Below, piece after piece: positions 8,070 through 18,198 of a DNA stretch of 64,000 nt (its first letter is position 1; each line of letters starts with the position of its first letter). This DNA is from Gemmatimonadota bacterium (GTDB lineage Bacteria > Gemmatimonadota > Gemmatimonadetes > Longimicrobiales > Gaopeijiaceae): assembly GCA_039589315.1 (NCBI GenBank), contig JBDHHQ010000011.1, positions 22,112-86,111 of the forward strand, given 5' to 3'. Position numbers and translations under genes: made by a program. A model generated the notes under the pieces. It made no database searches and was not told the origin of the DNA. It saw nothing but the letters and a program-made list of their open reading frames with translations.

Positions 8070-11048
8070 CTAGAACCCCAGGTCGAAGCTGAGCCAGAAG
8101 CTACGGCTGGGTGGGAAGGGCGCGACGTCGATATTCCGGGCGACTGCCTGGTTGCCGAAGTTGCTCACCTCGGGATCCAGGCCCGAATAGCCGGTGAACA
8201 CCAGCAGGTTCCGTGCACCGAGTCGGATTTGGAAGTTGTCCAGCCAAGCGCCGAACCAGCCCTGTATCGTGTTCCGCGGGAATGTGTAGGTGAGGGCGAG
8301 CTCCCTCCATTTGAGGTAGGAGGCGTCCTCGAAGTATCCGCGACTGTCGCCGTTGAGCCAACGGCCCAGGCGCTGTGCGCCCAGCGGCCCTTCGATCATG
8401 GTGCCGTCGCCCAGGTCGAAGGCCTCCACCGACTCGTCATGGTCCACGTAGTTCTGACCGAAGTCGTACAACAGCTTGGTCAGGTTCACGACCGTGCCGC
8501 CCTGCTGCCAGTCGACGAGGGCGTAGATATTGAAGTTGCCGAAGCTGAAGTCGTTCACGAACGACCACTTGAAGTCCGGGTTGGCATTCCCGATGGCCCC
8601 GACGATCTGGCTGCCGTCCGGGTTCTTCCCGAGGTTGGTCACGATCTGCGTGGCAGACTCGCCTACCTCGATCTGGAAGCTGCCCAGTGACGTCCCGAAC
8701 CCACCGGTACGGAACGACGGGACCGGCAGCTCCTTGATCTCGCTGCGGTCGAGGAAGTAGGTCGTGCGGAAGATCCACTGGAAGCTCTGGGTGTTTACGA
8801 ACGTGGTCGCCAGCGCCGCCTCGATGCCCCGCACCTGCAGCTTGCCGCCGTTGAAGAACTCGGTGGTGAAGCCGCTCGACGGCGCGAGGGTCCTCTGGAG
8901 CAGAAGGTCCGAGATGTTCTTCTGGTAGGCCGTCAGCTCCAAGCTGGCCGAGCCGTCGAACCCGATCACGTCGATCCCGGCCTCGAACTCGCTCTGCCGC
9001 TCGGGCTTGAGCCCCTCGTCGCCGGTCTGACCGCCAACGATGATGCCGGGTATGCCCTGGACGTTCTGCGTCCCGTCCAACGGCGTGAACTTCTGACCGA
9101 ATAGGGGCCGGTTGCCGCTCTGGCCCCAGGCGCCGCGAATCTTGATCTCCTCGATCCCACCGGGGCTCAACACGAACCGGTAGGAGCTGGCTGCCTTGGG
9201 ATACCAGAACCACTGGCCGGGGTCGCCGTTCGCGGAGCTCTTGTCCGCCCGGAGTCCCGCCGACACGAGCAGCCGCTCGTCTGCCAGGAGCCAATCGCTT
9301 TGCGCGTACCCACCGATGTCCTTCACGAGAATTCGGGTCTGGCTCACGTCCTTCACCGTGCCGGCATCCACGTTCGGCTGGCCGGCGATCAGGTTCTGGC
9401 TCGTGATCCTGGCCACGTCCAGGTCGGCACGCTCGTACTGAAATCCTCCCGAGGTGGTCGCCGTGTACGAACTGCCCGTGTACGTGTGCACCAGGTTGGC
9501 GTCGATGTTGAGGTTCAGGTTGCTGCTGTTGGAAAGGAGCGACGTACCGATGAGACCGTCGTTCGGCTCGTATTGGAGCTCCGGCGGCGAGAACAGCGAG
9601 TTCTTCTGCGCGAAGTAGTCCACACCGGTATTGATCCGCGCCCGCAGCTGTTGGCTCGATGTATTGGCGATGTCGAACTGGAGGTTCGCCGCGGTGATGA
9701 ACCGCCACACGTCCTCGACATTGTCCAACAGATCCGATGTCTGCAGCGGGTTGCTTCGCTCGAACGGATTGTCGGGATAGGTGCCGTCCGCCTCCCGCTG
9801 TAGGCTGACGAAGTTGGGCGTGAACGGGAACACCATGTACCAGCTGGTCCCGGAGTTGTCGTTGTTGGTGAGCCCGCGCTCCGCCTCGGTGTGAATCACG
9901 TTGCTGTTCAGACGCAAGGTCCACGAGTTGAACAGCCGCTGCTCCAGATTCAGCCGGAAGGACTGCTTCTTGAAGCCGGTGTTCTTGACGATCCCCTCGT
10001 CGCTCTTCCAGAGGCCCGAGGCGAAGAAGCGCGTGTTCTGGGTCCCCCCGTTGACGCTGAACACGGTCTCTGACGACAGCGAGTTCCGGCCAGCCAGGAG
10101 CTCTTCGTTGTCGAACGTCTGGCCCTGATTCCAGAGGTCGACGCCGGACTGACCGAAGGCGTTCATCACGTCGTCTTCGGTCTGGAAGGTCCTGGACCCG
10201 AGCTTGTTCGAGAGGGAGAACATCCCGAACCGTTGTGACAGCCGGAAGTCGAGGTCACCCGGCGTGCCCCTCTTGGTCGTGATGATGACCACGCCGTTGG
10301 CGGCCTTGGACCCGTACGACGCCGCCGCAGATGCCCCCTTCAGGACCTCGATCCGCTCGATGTCTTCGGGGTTCAGGTCCACGATGCGGTTCACCAGCGC
10401 GTCCTGTGTGAGCGAGGGGTTGGAGCCCCCGCTCGCCAGCGTGATGGCGTTCTGGTTCGACGGGATCGCGGCGTTGCTCACGATCACGCCGTCCACCACG
10501 TACAGCGGCTCGGAGGCGCCGTTGATGGTGGAGGTACCGCGGAGTCGGACCTGCACGCCGCCGCCTGGAGCACCCGAGTTGGTCTCGATCAGGGCGCCGG
10601 CCACCTTGCCCGTGAGCTGCTTCTCGATGGTCTCGGCGGGCGCCCGCTCGAACTCCACCGATTCGACCGTGCCGACCGCGTTCGCGAGGTTTCGCTTCGA
10701 GATCGCCGTGGCTCGCCCGGTGACCACGATGCCCTCGACCAGAAGCAGGTCCGAGGCCATCGAGATCATGACGTTGCTCTCGCCCGCGCCGACGGTCATT
10801 TCGGCGGTTCTGTAGCCGATGAGCGTAACCCGCAGCTGGACTTCCCCGGTCGGAGACCGGACCTGGAAGTCGCCGTCGGCGTCGCTGATCGTTGCGAAGG
10901 CCGTACCGACCACCTGGACCACGGCGTCGGGCAGGCCCTGGCCCTGGTCGGCGGCCGTGACCTGGCCCGTGATTGCCCGCTCCTGCGCTTGGAGCGGAGC
11001 GCCCCAGAGGAGAGCGAGTGCCGCAATGAAGACTGGAGTACGCCTCAT
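8070..11048 (-). CDS. SusC/RagA-family TonB-dependent outer-membrane transporter
   Basis: Signal peptide, CarboxypepD_reg-like N-domain, PLYVVDG, IERIEVLKGASAAASYGSKAANGVVIITTKRG plug motif, YSGLDPEV, C-terminal F. Confidence 0.95.
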   Translation of the reverse strand: MRRTPVFIAALALLWGAPLQAQERAITGQVTAADQGQGLPDAVVQVVGTAFATISDADGDFQVRSPTGEVQLRVTLIGYRTAEMTVGAGESNVMISMASDLLLVEGIVVTGRATAISKRNLANAVGTVESVEFERAPAETIEKQLTGKVAGALIETNSGAPGGGVQVRLRGTSTINGASEPLYVVDGVIVSNAAIPSNQNAITLASGGSNPSLTQDALVNRIVDLNPEDIERIEVLKGASAAASYGSKAANGVVIITTKRGTPGDLDFRLSQRFGMFSLSNKLGSRTFQTEDDVMNAFGQSGVDLWNQGQTFDNEELLAGRNSLSSETVFSVNGGTQNTRFFASGLWKSDEGIVKNTGFKKQSFRLNLEQRLFNSWTLRLNSNVIHTEAERGLTNNDNSGTSWYMVFPFTPNFVSLQREADGTYPDNPFERSNPLQTSDLLDNVEDVWRFITAANLQFDIANTSSQQLRARINTGVDYFAQKNSLFSPPELQYEPNDGLIGTSLLSNSSNLNLNIDANLVHTYTGSSYTATTSGGFQYERADLDVARITSQNLIAGQPNVDAGTVKDVSQTRILVKDIGGYAQSDWLLADERLLVSAGLRADKSSANGDPGQWFWYPKAASSYRFVLSPGGIEEIKIRGAWGQSGNRPLFGQKFTPLDGTQNVQGIPGIIVGGQTGDEGLKPERQSEFEAGIDVIGFDGSASLELTAYQKNISDLLLQRTLAPSSGFTTEFFNGGKLQVRGIEAALATTFVNTQSFQWIFRTTYFLDRSEIKELPVPSFRTGGFGTSLGSFQIEVGESATQIVTNLGKNPDGSQIVGAIGNANPDFKWSFVNDFSFGNFNIYALVDWQQGGTVVNLTKLLYDFGQNYVDHDESVEAFDLGDGTMIEGPLGAQRLGRWLNGDSRGYFEDASYLKWRELALTYTFPRNTIQGWFGAWLDNFQIRLGARNLLVFTGYSGLDPEVSNFGNQAVARNIDVAPFPPSRSFWLSFDLGF

Positions 11049-11476
11049 GCTGCCTCCTTCGGCGGGTCGCCGATTGGTGAGGATCGGCCTGCGTCGGACG
11101 TGTTCTCAGGGGGGCATTCAACCTCGAACCATTCTTGCGAAACTGTAAGACTTCTGCAAGAAAAACCCGTAACTGGCGGCGCTTCAACGCGTTCGTCGTA
11201 GACGGGCGCGTGTGGGGTGCGGGCGGCCGGCACGCCCGACAGGGCTCGCGGGAGAGTAGTGGAGGGAGGGAGGGGCCTTGGCGCAGCCCGGCGAGCGTCC
11301 GCCGCGTCGCTCGGCTCAGGACATGGGTGGGGGGACGGGCCGGCGCCCGTCGGCGCATCTCAGGTGATTCGGCCCCGGGTCCAGGTGGGGAGTCCGGGCC
11401 AGTGCCCCCGGCCGTGACTTCGGGTGGGTCGGCCCTGGATCCGAGTGCGGACGCCCGGGCGTCGGGGGGATGGGGC

Positions 11477-12157
11477 CTATTCGGTGCCGGGCCACACCAG
11501 GCGGTATCCAATCCCGCGAACAGTCGCCACCATGCGGTCTTCGCCCCGCGCTTCCAGTTTCTTGCGGAGGTTGGCCACGTGGACGTCGACCACGCGCGTG
11601 CACGGGTCGAATCGTATGTCCCAAACCCGGTCCAGAAGCTCCCGCCGCGACACGGTCTCGCCGGGGCATTCCATCAGCGTCGACAGCAGGCGGCACTCCG
11701 TGTCCGTGAGCTTGATGGGGCGTTCTCCACGACGGGCCGTGCGCTCGGCTTCGTCCAGCTCCAGGTCGGCGAATCGCGTGACCCTGGCCCGACCCGGTCC
11801 GGAACGCCGCTTCAGCGCCCTCACCCGGGCCAGCAGCTCACTGAGCTCGAAGGGCTTGGTCAGGTAATCGTCTGCTCCGGCATCGAGACCCTTCACGATG
11901 TCTTCCGTCGAGCAGAGCGCGGTCAGCATCAGGATGGGTGTGGCGTCTCCGCGGGCACGGAGCTCCGAAGCCACTTCGAAGCCGCTCCTTCCGGGGAGCA
12001 TGATGTCAAGGATGATGACGTCGTAATCCCCGTCGTGCGCCATCGCCAGCCCGGTAGAGCCGCTTCTCGCGATGTCGGCGCCGTGTCCCTCTCGCTTGAG
12101 CCCTTTTTGGATAGCTCGAGCTACGGCGGGCTCGTCCTCGATGATCAGGAACTGCAT
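11477..12157 (-). CDS. OmpR/PhoB-family response regulator (no adjacent kinase)
   Basis: MQFLIIEDE, ILDIMLP phosphoacceptor, GADDYLTKPF, winged-helix VVDVHVANLRKKL...TVRGIGY. Confidence 0.93.
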   Translation of the reverse strand: MQFLIIEDEPAVARAIQKGLKREGHGADIARSGSTGLAMAHDGDYDVIILDIMLPGRSGFEVASELRARGDATPILMLTALCSTEDIVKGLDAGADDYLTKPFELSELLARVRALKRRSGPGRARVTRFADLELDEAERTARRGERPIKLTDTECRLLSTLMECPGETVSRRELLDRVWDIRFDPCTRVVDVHVANLRKKLEARGEDRMVATVRGIGYRLVWPGTE

Positions 12158-12744
12158 ATCTGGTTCGCTAACACCTCGTTGTCGGTTCCGCCATCTCCGC
12201 CGCAGTGCAACCGTCGAGTGTCGTGTCGCCACGGGAGACCCCCGCGTGGGCTTTCTTCCCACCGAAGAATGCGATCGACCGTGCAATCGAATTGATAAGA
12301 TCGCTTAACAATCAACACATGATGCGCACTGATTCCCCAACTTGTCGAGGCGTGAGGGGACTGAGTCCCCGTCCCGCCACAACTCGGGAGTGTTGGCGTG
12401 GCCATGGAACCCGCCGAAGCGTGAGCCCGACGCCGTGCTGAGCACGGCCTCGAACGAGCCCTTCACCATGGTCACGCCAACCTCGCGGGGGGAAGCTACA
12501 CGGGTCACGCCCTGGGGCTCCCCTGTTCCGTTGTTCCCGTTTTCCCTACCCCGGCCGTCCGCTTCACCCTCGAATCGCGGACTGGCTCCTGGGCAATCCT
12601 GACAGGCCCCGCGCTGTTCCGCCATCCGCCCGTCTCCCCACCGAGTCCGCGTCACCCCGCCGAGTTCCCGGGACTGGCGTAGAGCCACCGGCAGGGTCAT
12701 CCTGGGCAACGATCTGGCCTCGACCTCCCCCGTCCGGACCATCG

Positions 12745-13992
12745 ATGCAAGAATCCAGCGCGCTGATCACCAACGACGCCGTCGTTCTCGGCCTCCTGGC
12801 CGCGACCCTGGGTGTCATCTTCTGGACTGCCGCGAGCGACCGGCCATTCTTCCGGAAGTTCTACCGGTACGTGCCCGTCCTCCTGATCTGCTACTTCGTC
12901 CCGTCGCTCTACAACACCTTCGGGCTCGTCGACGCAGAACAATCACGCTTGTACTTCGTGGCGTCGCGCTATCTTCTGCCCGCCACCCTCGTGCTGCTCA
13001 CGCTCAGCATCGATCTCCAGGCCATCCTGCGCCTGGGCCCCAAGGCATTGATCATGTTCCTCACCGGGACGACGGGGATCATCCTGGGCGGGCCGTTGGC
13101 GATCCTGATCTTCTCGGTAGTGAACCCGGACGTCGTGGGCGGCGCAGGTCCTGACGCGGTCTGGCGTGGCCTCACGACGCTGGCGGGCAGCTGGATCGGA
13201 GGGGGGGCCAACCAGGCGGCCATGAAGGAGGTCTTCGAGGTCAGCGATCAGCTCTTCTCCGCCATGGTGGCGGTGGACGTGCTCATCGCGAACGCGTGGC
13301 TCGCGATCCTGCTCTACATGGCGGGTGAGTCGAAGCAGATCGACGCCCGCCTCGGCGCCGACACGACCGCCCTGGACGACCTCCAGCGCAGGGTGAGCGA
13401 GTTCCAGGAGAAGCACGCCCGGGTATCGTCCATGACCGACATCATGCTGATCATGGCGGTGGGGTTCGGGGTCACCGGCTTCTCCCACCTTCTGGCGGAC
13501 TGGATCGCGCCCTGGATCGGGCGAAGCGCCCCCCAGCTCGAGCGACTCAGCCTGGACAGCCAGTTCTTCTGGCTCGTGGTCATCGCCACCACGGTGGGGC
13601 TCGTCCTGTCGTTCACCCGGGCACGGGAGCTGGAGGGCGCCGGCGCCTCGAAGGTGGGGTCGGTAATGCTCTACATCCTGATCGCCACCATAGGCATGGG
13701 CATGGACATCGGGGCCGTCGTGGAGCGCCCGGCGCTGTTCGCGCTCGGGGCCGTGTGGATGGCCATCCACGCCGTGCTGCTGCTCGCGGTGGGCCGGGCA
13801 ATCAAGGCGCCCACCTTCTACCTGGCGGTGGGGAGCCAGGCCAACGTCGGTGGCGCCGCCTCGGCGCCGGTGGTGGCGTCGGCGTTCCACCCGACTCTGG
13901 CGCCGGTGGGCGTGCTCCTGGCCGTGCTGGGGTATGCGGTCGGCACCTATGGAGCGTGGCTGTGTGGGCAGCTCATGCGCATGGTGGCCTAG
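12745..13992 (+). CDS. DUF819-family membrane protein (putative transporter)
   Basis: About 12 TM helices; GSWIGGGANQAAM and GSQANVGGAASAPVVA motifs. Confidence 0.88.
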   Translation: MQESSALITNDAVVLGLLAATLGVIFWTAASDRPFFRKFYRYVPVLLICYFVPSLYNTFGLVDAEQSRLYFVASRYLLPATLVLLTLSIDLQAILRLGPKALIMFLTGTTGIILGGPLAILIFSVVNPDVVGGAGPDAVWRGLTTLAGSWIGGGANQAAMKEVFEVSDQLFSAMVAVDVLIANAWLAILLYMAGESKQIDARLGADTTALDDLQRRVSEFQEKHARVSSMTDIMLIMAVGFGVTGFSHLLADWIAPWIGRSAPQLERLSLDSQFFWLVVIATTVGLVLSFTRARELEGAGASKVGSVMLYILIATIGMGMDIGAVVERPALFALGAVWMAIHAVLLLAVGRAIKAPTFYLAVGSQANVGGAASAPVVASAFHPTLAPVGVLLAVLGYAVGTYGAWLCGQLMRMVA

Positions 13993-14126
13993 CTCCACGT
14001 CTTCCGGCCCGGCGCTTCGCCTGCAGCCCGAGCGCCATCCGCGCCTCCGTGCGGGGGGCAGTCGTGCCCTCGCGCCGCGCCCCGGAGCGGTCCGGTCAGC
14101 GCGACGACCTTCTGCGCGGGCTCCGC

Positions 14127-14303
14127 CTAGGGCAGGTCTCGTCTCGTGAGCTGCGGGAATGCCTTCTCGCACTCTTCGCAGTCCTTGCCGAGCTCCTGAC
14201 AGGGGACACCGTCTGCCTGAGCCTGCGCGCACGGTGGCCAGCCCTCGTCCAGCCATCTCGATTCGTGCGGTTCCTGCTGGTCTGCGCCACGTGGATCCTT
14301 CAT
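14127..14303 (-). CDS. Small 58-aa Cys-rich hypothetical protein
   Basis: MKDPRG...WPPCAQAQADGVPCQELGKDCEECEKAF; GGGGGTGA RBS 7 nt upstream; it is the tail of the shadow ORF 14127..16229. Confidence 0.55.
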   Translation of the reverse strand: MKDPRGADQQEPHESRWLDEGWPPCAQAQADGVPCQELGKDCEECEKAFPQLTRRDLP

Positions 14304-14699
14304 GGTGCTGTCACCCCCGGGCCAGCGAGTCGCCTGCCACCGATCACGATCCCGAGACATGAGGCGGCTCGGCCACCGATCGGGTGCCTGCCCGTACATA
14401 ATCGATTCGGCGGCCTCGCGGGATCGGACAATGCTTGAAAAGCGTGTGGGGCATTCTCCCCGAGGGGCCCGCCCGGAGCCCCGCCGGCGGGCGCTCCGCC
14501 CCGGCGTCTCGGGACGCGGACCGGTCGGAAGCTCGGGCGACCCGAACGAGATGAGGGCGGCGGGGGCGGGAGGTCGGACGAGCGGTAGGGATCTACCCCA
14601 CCGCAGACAGGGAGACTTTCCCGACCGAGGGTTCCTGCCTCGCGGCGGTAGTTTGGTCAGAGAAGCATAGTAGGCCTCCGCTCGAGCGCAGGAGGTCGG

Positions 14700-16958
14700 A
14701 TGATCGAAATCCGGATCCACGGCCGCGGTGGACAGGGCGGTGTCACGCTGGCCAAGCTCATCGCCACGGCCCGATTCCTGGAGGGGGACTCCGTCCAGGC
14801 GTTCGGCCTCTACGCCGCCGAGCGCTCCGGGGCGCCAGTGCAGGCGTTCTGCCGGTATGACGGCGAGCCCATCACCAACCGCAACCTGATCTACGAGCCG
14901 GACCACGTCGTAGTCCTGGATCCGACCCTGATCGGCCCCGGGATCCTGGGCGGGTTGAAGCCCGGTGGGTGGATCCTCCTGAACAGCGCCGACCCACCCG
15001 AGGCGTTCGCGGACCGCTTCGCCGAAAACCGGCTGGCTACGGTGGACGCCACGAAGATCGCTCGAGCCAACGGCCTGGGCACGCGGACCGTTCCCATCGT
15101 GAACACCGCCCTGGCGGGGGCGGTGGCGGGCGTGCTGGGCCTCCCCCTCGGGGAGATGGAAGCCGCCCTCGACCACCTTGGGTTCGGCGGGGGCAACCTG
15201 AGCGCCGCTCGGCAGGCGGCCGAGACGGTGCGGACGCTGGCGCCGCGGGGTGTGGCGTCGCTCCCTTCCGGCCCCCCCTCTACCGGAGCCCTCGTCCACG
15301 CTGAGCGCGGACACAGCTTCGTGGAAGGCGCGGGCGGAGACATGCCCAAGATCCACACGGGGGAGTGGTCCACCCAGCAGCCTGCCCGGCAACAGTTCGT
15401 GCCCCCGTGCAACCACGTTTGTCCCGCCGGCAACGACGTGCAGGGCTTCCTCCGGGCCCTGGCCGAGGACCGTCCGGACGACGCGCTGGCCATCCTGCTC
15501 GAAACAACCCCGTTCCCGTCGGTGTGCGGTCGCGTCTGTCCCGCTCCTTGCGTGGCGTCCTGCAACCGGATTCAGCTCGACGGGGCCGTGAACGTCCCTC
15601 AGCTCGAGCGACTCGCCGGGGACACCGGGCAGGCCACGGTGCAGCGGGCGTCCGAGCGGCGGGAGTCTGTCGCCGTCGTGGGATCGGGCCCGGGCGGATT
15701 GTCGGCCGCATACCATCTGGCCCGGCTGGGGTACCGTGTCACGGTCTACGAGGCTTCCGGCGAGGTCGGTGGCCTGCTGCGCACGGGCATCCCCGACTTC
15801 CGGCTGCCCAAGGCGGTGCTGGAACGGGAAGTCGAGAGAATCCTGGACCTGGGGGTGAGCGTCGAGACCGGAGCCCGGGTCGGCAGGCGGGAGCTCCTCG
15901 ATCTCACGCGGCGACACGACGCGGTTCTGGTGGCCACCGGGTTGCAGCAGCTCCGGGATCTGCGTCTCGGGCTCGGCGACGAACCCGGGGTGGAGCAGGG
16001 CATCGTCTTCCTGGACCGAGCGCGCCAGGGAGACGTTCGCGTGGACAATGAGGACGTGGTCGTCGTGGGCGGGGGGAACACCGCCATGGACGCCGCGCGC
16101 TCCGCTCTCCGTCTCGGGGCTGCCACGGTCCGGGTCGTGTACCGTCGCACCCGGAACGAGATGCCGGCCATCGTCGAGGAGATCGACGAGGCGCTCGAGG
16201 AGGGTGTCGTCATGGATCTCCTGACCCAACCCGTGGCGCTGGCGCGGGCCGCCGCGGGCAACGGGGTGCCTGCGCGGTACGTTATCACCTGCCGGCGAAT
16301 GGAGCTCGGGGAGCCCGACGAATCCGGGCGCCGGCGACCCGTGGAGGTGCCGGCATCCGACTTCGTCCTCGAGTGCGACCGCGTCATTCTCGCCCTGGGC
16401 CAGTCCCCCGACATCAGCGTCTTCCCCGAGGGCACCGAGGTCAGGGAGGGCGCGGCGCTACTCGGCCTCCTGGAGACTCCCGTGTTCGCGGTGGGCGACC
16501 TGGCCACCAACGACGGGACGGTGGCGGGTGCCATCGGGAGCGGACGCCGCACCGCCTTCCACGTCCACAACTCCATCGGGGGTGGGCACCTGGCACTGGA
16601 TGAGCATGCGGCGCGCCGGACCGACGTCGACGTATGGCAGGACGAGGTGATCCGGGCCGAGGCCCTGCGCCTCCACCTGTTCGAGCGGACGCCGGCTACG
16701 GCGGCGGCGACGCTGCCCATGGACGTGCGTCGCACGACGTTCGACGAGGTGCACATGGGCCTGGTCGACGCGGCCGAAGCCCGCCGCTGCCTCTCGTGCG
16801 GCGTGTGCAACGACTGCGACCTTTGCATCACGTATTGCCCGGAGGGGGTGCTGAAGCGGGTGGGCCGCGAGCTGGTCTTCGACCACGCCTACTGCAAGGG
16901 CTGCGGGATCTGCGTGACGGAGTGCCCCAGAAATGTCGTCTACATGAGCCACCTTTGA
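14700..16958 (+). CDS. Fused 2-oxoacid:acceptor oxidoreductase gamma subunit + GltD-like FAD/NAD(P) oxidoreductase + 2[4Fe-4S] delta-like domain
   Basis: MIEIRIHGRGGQG (gamma); PCNHVCP and CGRVCPAPCVASCNR (Fe-S); VVGSGPGG (FAD); GGGNTAMD...YRRT (NADP); CNDCDLCITYCP and CKGCGICVTECP; AGGAGG RBS. Confidence 0.9.
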   Translation: MIEIRIHGRGGQGGVTLAKLIATARFLEGDSVQAFGLYAAERSGAPVQAFCRYDGEPITNRNLIYEPDHVVVLDPTLIGPGILGGLKPGGWILLNSADPPEAFADRFAENRLATVDATKIARANGLGTRTVPIVNTALAGAVAGVLGLPLGEMEAALDHLGFGGGNLSAARQAAETVRTLAPRGVASLPSGPPSTGALVHAERGHSFVEGAGGDMPKIHTGEWSTQQPARQQFVPPCNHVCPAGNDVQGFLRALAEDRPDDALAILLETTPFPSVCGRVCPAPCVASCNRIQLDGAVNVPQLERLAGDTGQATVQRASERRESVAVVGSGPGGLSAAYHLARLGYRVTVYEASGEVGGLLRTGIPDFRLPKAVLEREVERILDLGVSVETGARVGRRELLDLTRRHDAVLVATGLQQLRDLRLGLGDEPGVEQGIVFLDRARQGDVRVDNEDVVVVGGGNTAMDAARSALRLGAATVRVVYRRTRNEMPAIVEEIDEALEEGVVMDLLTQPVALARAAAGNGVPARYVITCRRMELGEPDESGRRRPVEVPASDFVLECDRVILALGQSPDISVFPEGTEVREGAALLGLLETPVFAVGDLATNDGTVAGAIGSGRRTAFHVHNSIGGGHLALDEHAARRTDVDVWQDEVIRAEALRLHLFERTPATAAATLPMDVRRTTFDEVHMGLVDAAEARRCLSCGVCNDCDLCITYCPEGVLKRVGRELVFDHAYCKGCGICVTECPRNVVYMSHL

Positions 16959-16971
16959 CGAGGCAGAGGCC

Positions 16972-18198
16972 ATGGCCATCGAGCTCGTGACGGGAAACCA
17001 CGCGGCCGGCTATGCCCTGAGCACCGCCGGCGAGGCCAACCGCGGCGCCCGGGGAGCGGTGTGCGGCATCTATCCCATCACGCCCCAGACCGAGATCGTG
17101 GAGTACGCGGCCAGGTTCCCCTTCTCCAAGGGTCGGGTAGTGCCGGTCGAGAGCGAGCACAGCGCCATGGGCGTGTCCATCGGCGGCGCCGTCTCCGGTG
17201 CCCGCTCGTTCACCGCCAGCTCCTCCAACGGCCTGGCGTACATGCTGGAGAACGTCATGGTGGCCGGCTTCTACCGGCTCCCCATCGTGATGGTCGCCGT
17301 GAACCGTACGCTGGGGCCGCCCTGGAACATCTGGGCGGACCAGGGCGACACCCTGATGCTGCGGGACTTCCCGTGGATCCAGCTCTACTGCGAGACCAAC
17401 CAGGAGGTGCTGGACAGCGTACTGATGGCGTTCCGCCTGGCCGAGGACCACCGGATCCTGCTACCGGTGCTCGTGTGCCTGGACGCGTTCATCGTGTCGC
17501 ACACCCAGACCGAGACAGACCTGCCCGGGCAGGAGTTGGTGGACCGCTTCCTCCCCGATCTGGAGCTACCGCATCGCCTGCGGGCCGAGGACCCCCGCAC
17601 GCTGGGCGGCCTCTCGTGGCCCATAGAGTCCATGTCGCTCCGCATGGAGATCGACGAGGCGATGGCCCGTGTGCCACACGTCTTCCAGGAAGCCCGCACC
17701 GAGTTCCTGCAGGTCTTCGGCCGCGACCCCGGGGACGCGCTCCAGACCTTCGAGACGGAGGACGCCGAGCGGATTCTGGTGGCCACGACCTCGATCGCCA
17801 CGACCGCGCGAGAGGTGGTGCGAGCTCGCCGGCGCGCTGGCGAGAGGGTGGGTCTGGTCAAGCTCAAGATGTTCCGTCCGTTCCCCGAGGCCGCGCTGCG
17901 GGCCGCCTGCGCCGCGGCGGACAAGGTCGGCGTTCTGGACCGGAACTACGCGGCGGGCATGGGCGGCGTGTTCTGGCAGGACGTGCGCGCCGCCTGCCAG
18001 GGCCATCGGGACGACCTCATGGTGCAGGACTACCTGACCGGTGTCTGCGGCGGTGACGTGACGCCCGCCATGGTCGAGGAGACGCTCGACGACCTCACTG
18101 CGCGCACAGAGGCCGGGGCACCTCGGTGGATGGGAATCGCGGCCACGGCGGGCCCACCCGTAGGCATGGCGGCGGCGGCCGAGGAGGTGTCGGCATGA
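16972..18198 (+). CDS. porA: 2-oxoacid (pyruvate-type):acceptor oxidoreductase alpha subunit
   Basis: TGNHAAG, YPITPQT, VESEHSAM, FTASSSNGL, KMFRPFP. Confidence 0.9.
   Translation: MAIELVTGNHAAGYALSTAGEANRGARGAVCGIYPITPQTEIVEYAARFPFSKGRVVPVESEHSAMGVSIGGAVSGARSFTASSSNGLAYMLENVMVAGFYRLPIVMVAVNRTLGPPWNIWADQGDTLMLRDFPWIQLYCETNQEVLDSVLMAFRLAEDHRILLPVLVCLDAFIVSHTQTETDLPGQELVDRFLPDLELPHRLRAEDPRTLGGLSWPIESMSLRMEIDEAMARVPHVFQEARTEFLQVFGRDPGDALQTFETEDAERILVATTSIATTAREVVRARRRAGERVGLVKLKMFRPFPEAALRAACAAADKVGVLDRNYAAGMGGVFWQDVRAACQGHRDDLMVQDYLTGVCGGDVTPAMVEETLDDLTARTEAGAPRWMGIAATAGPPVGMAAAAEEVSA

Noticed and set aside
12305..12742. 145-aa minus-strand ORF ending CASCVDC
   Set aside because: No recognisable domain, atypical composition, and it lies in a divergent promoter region.
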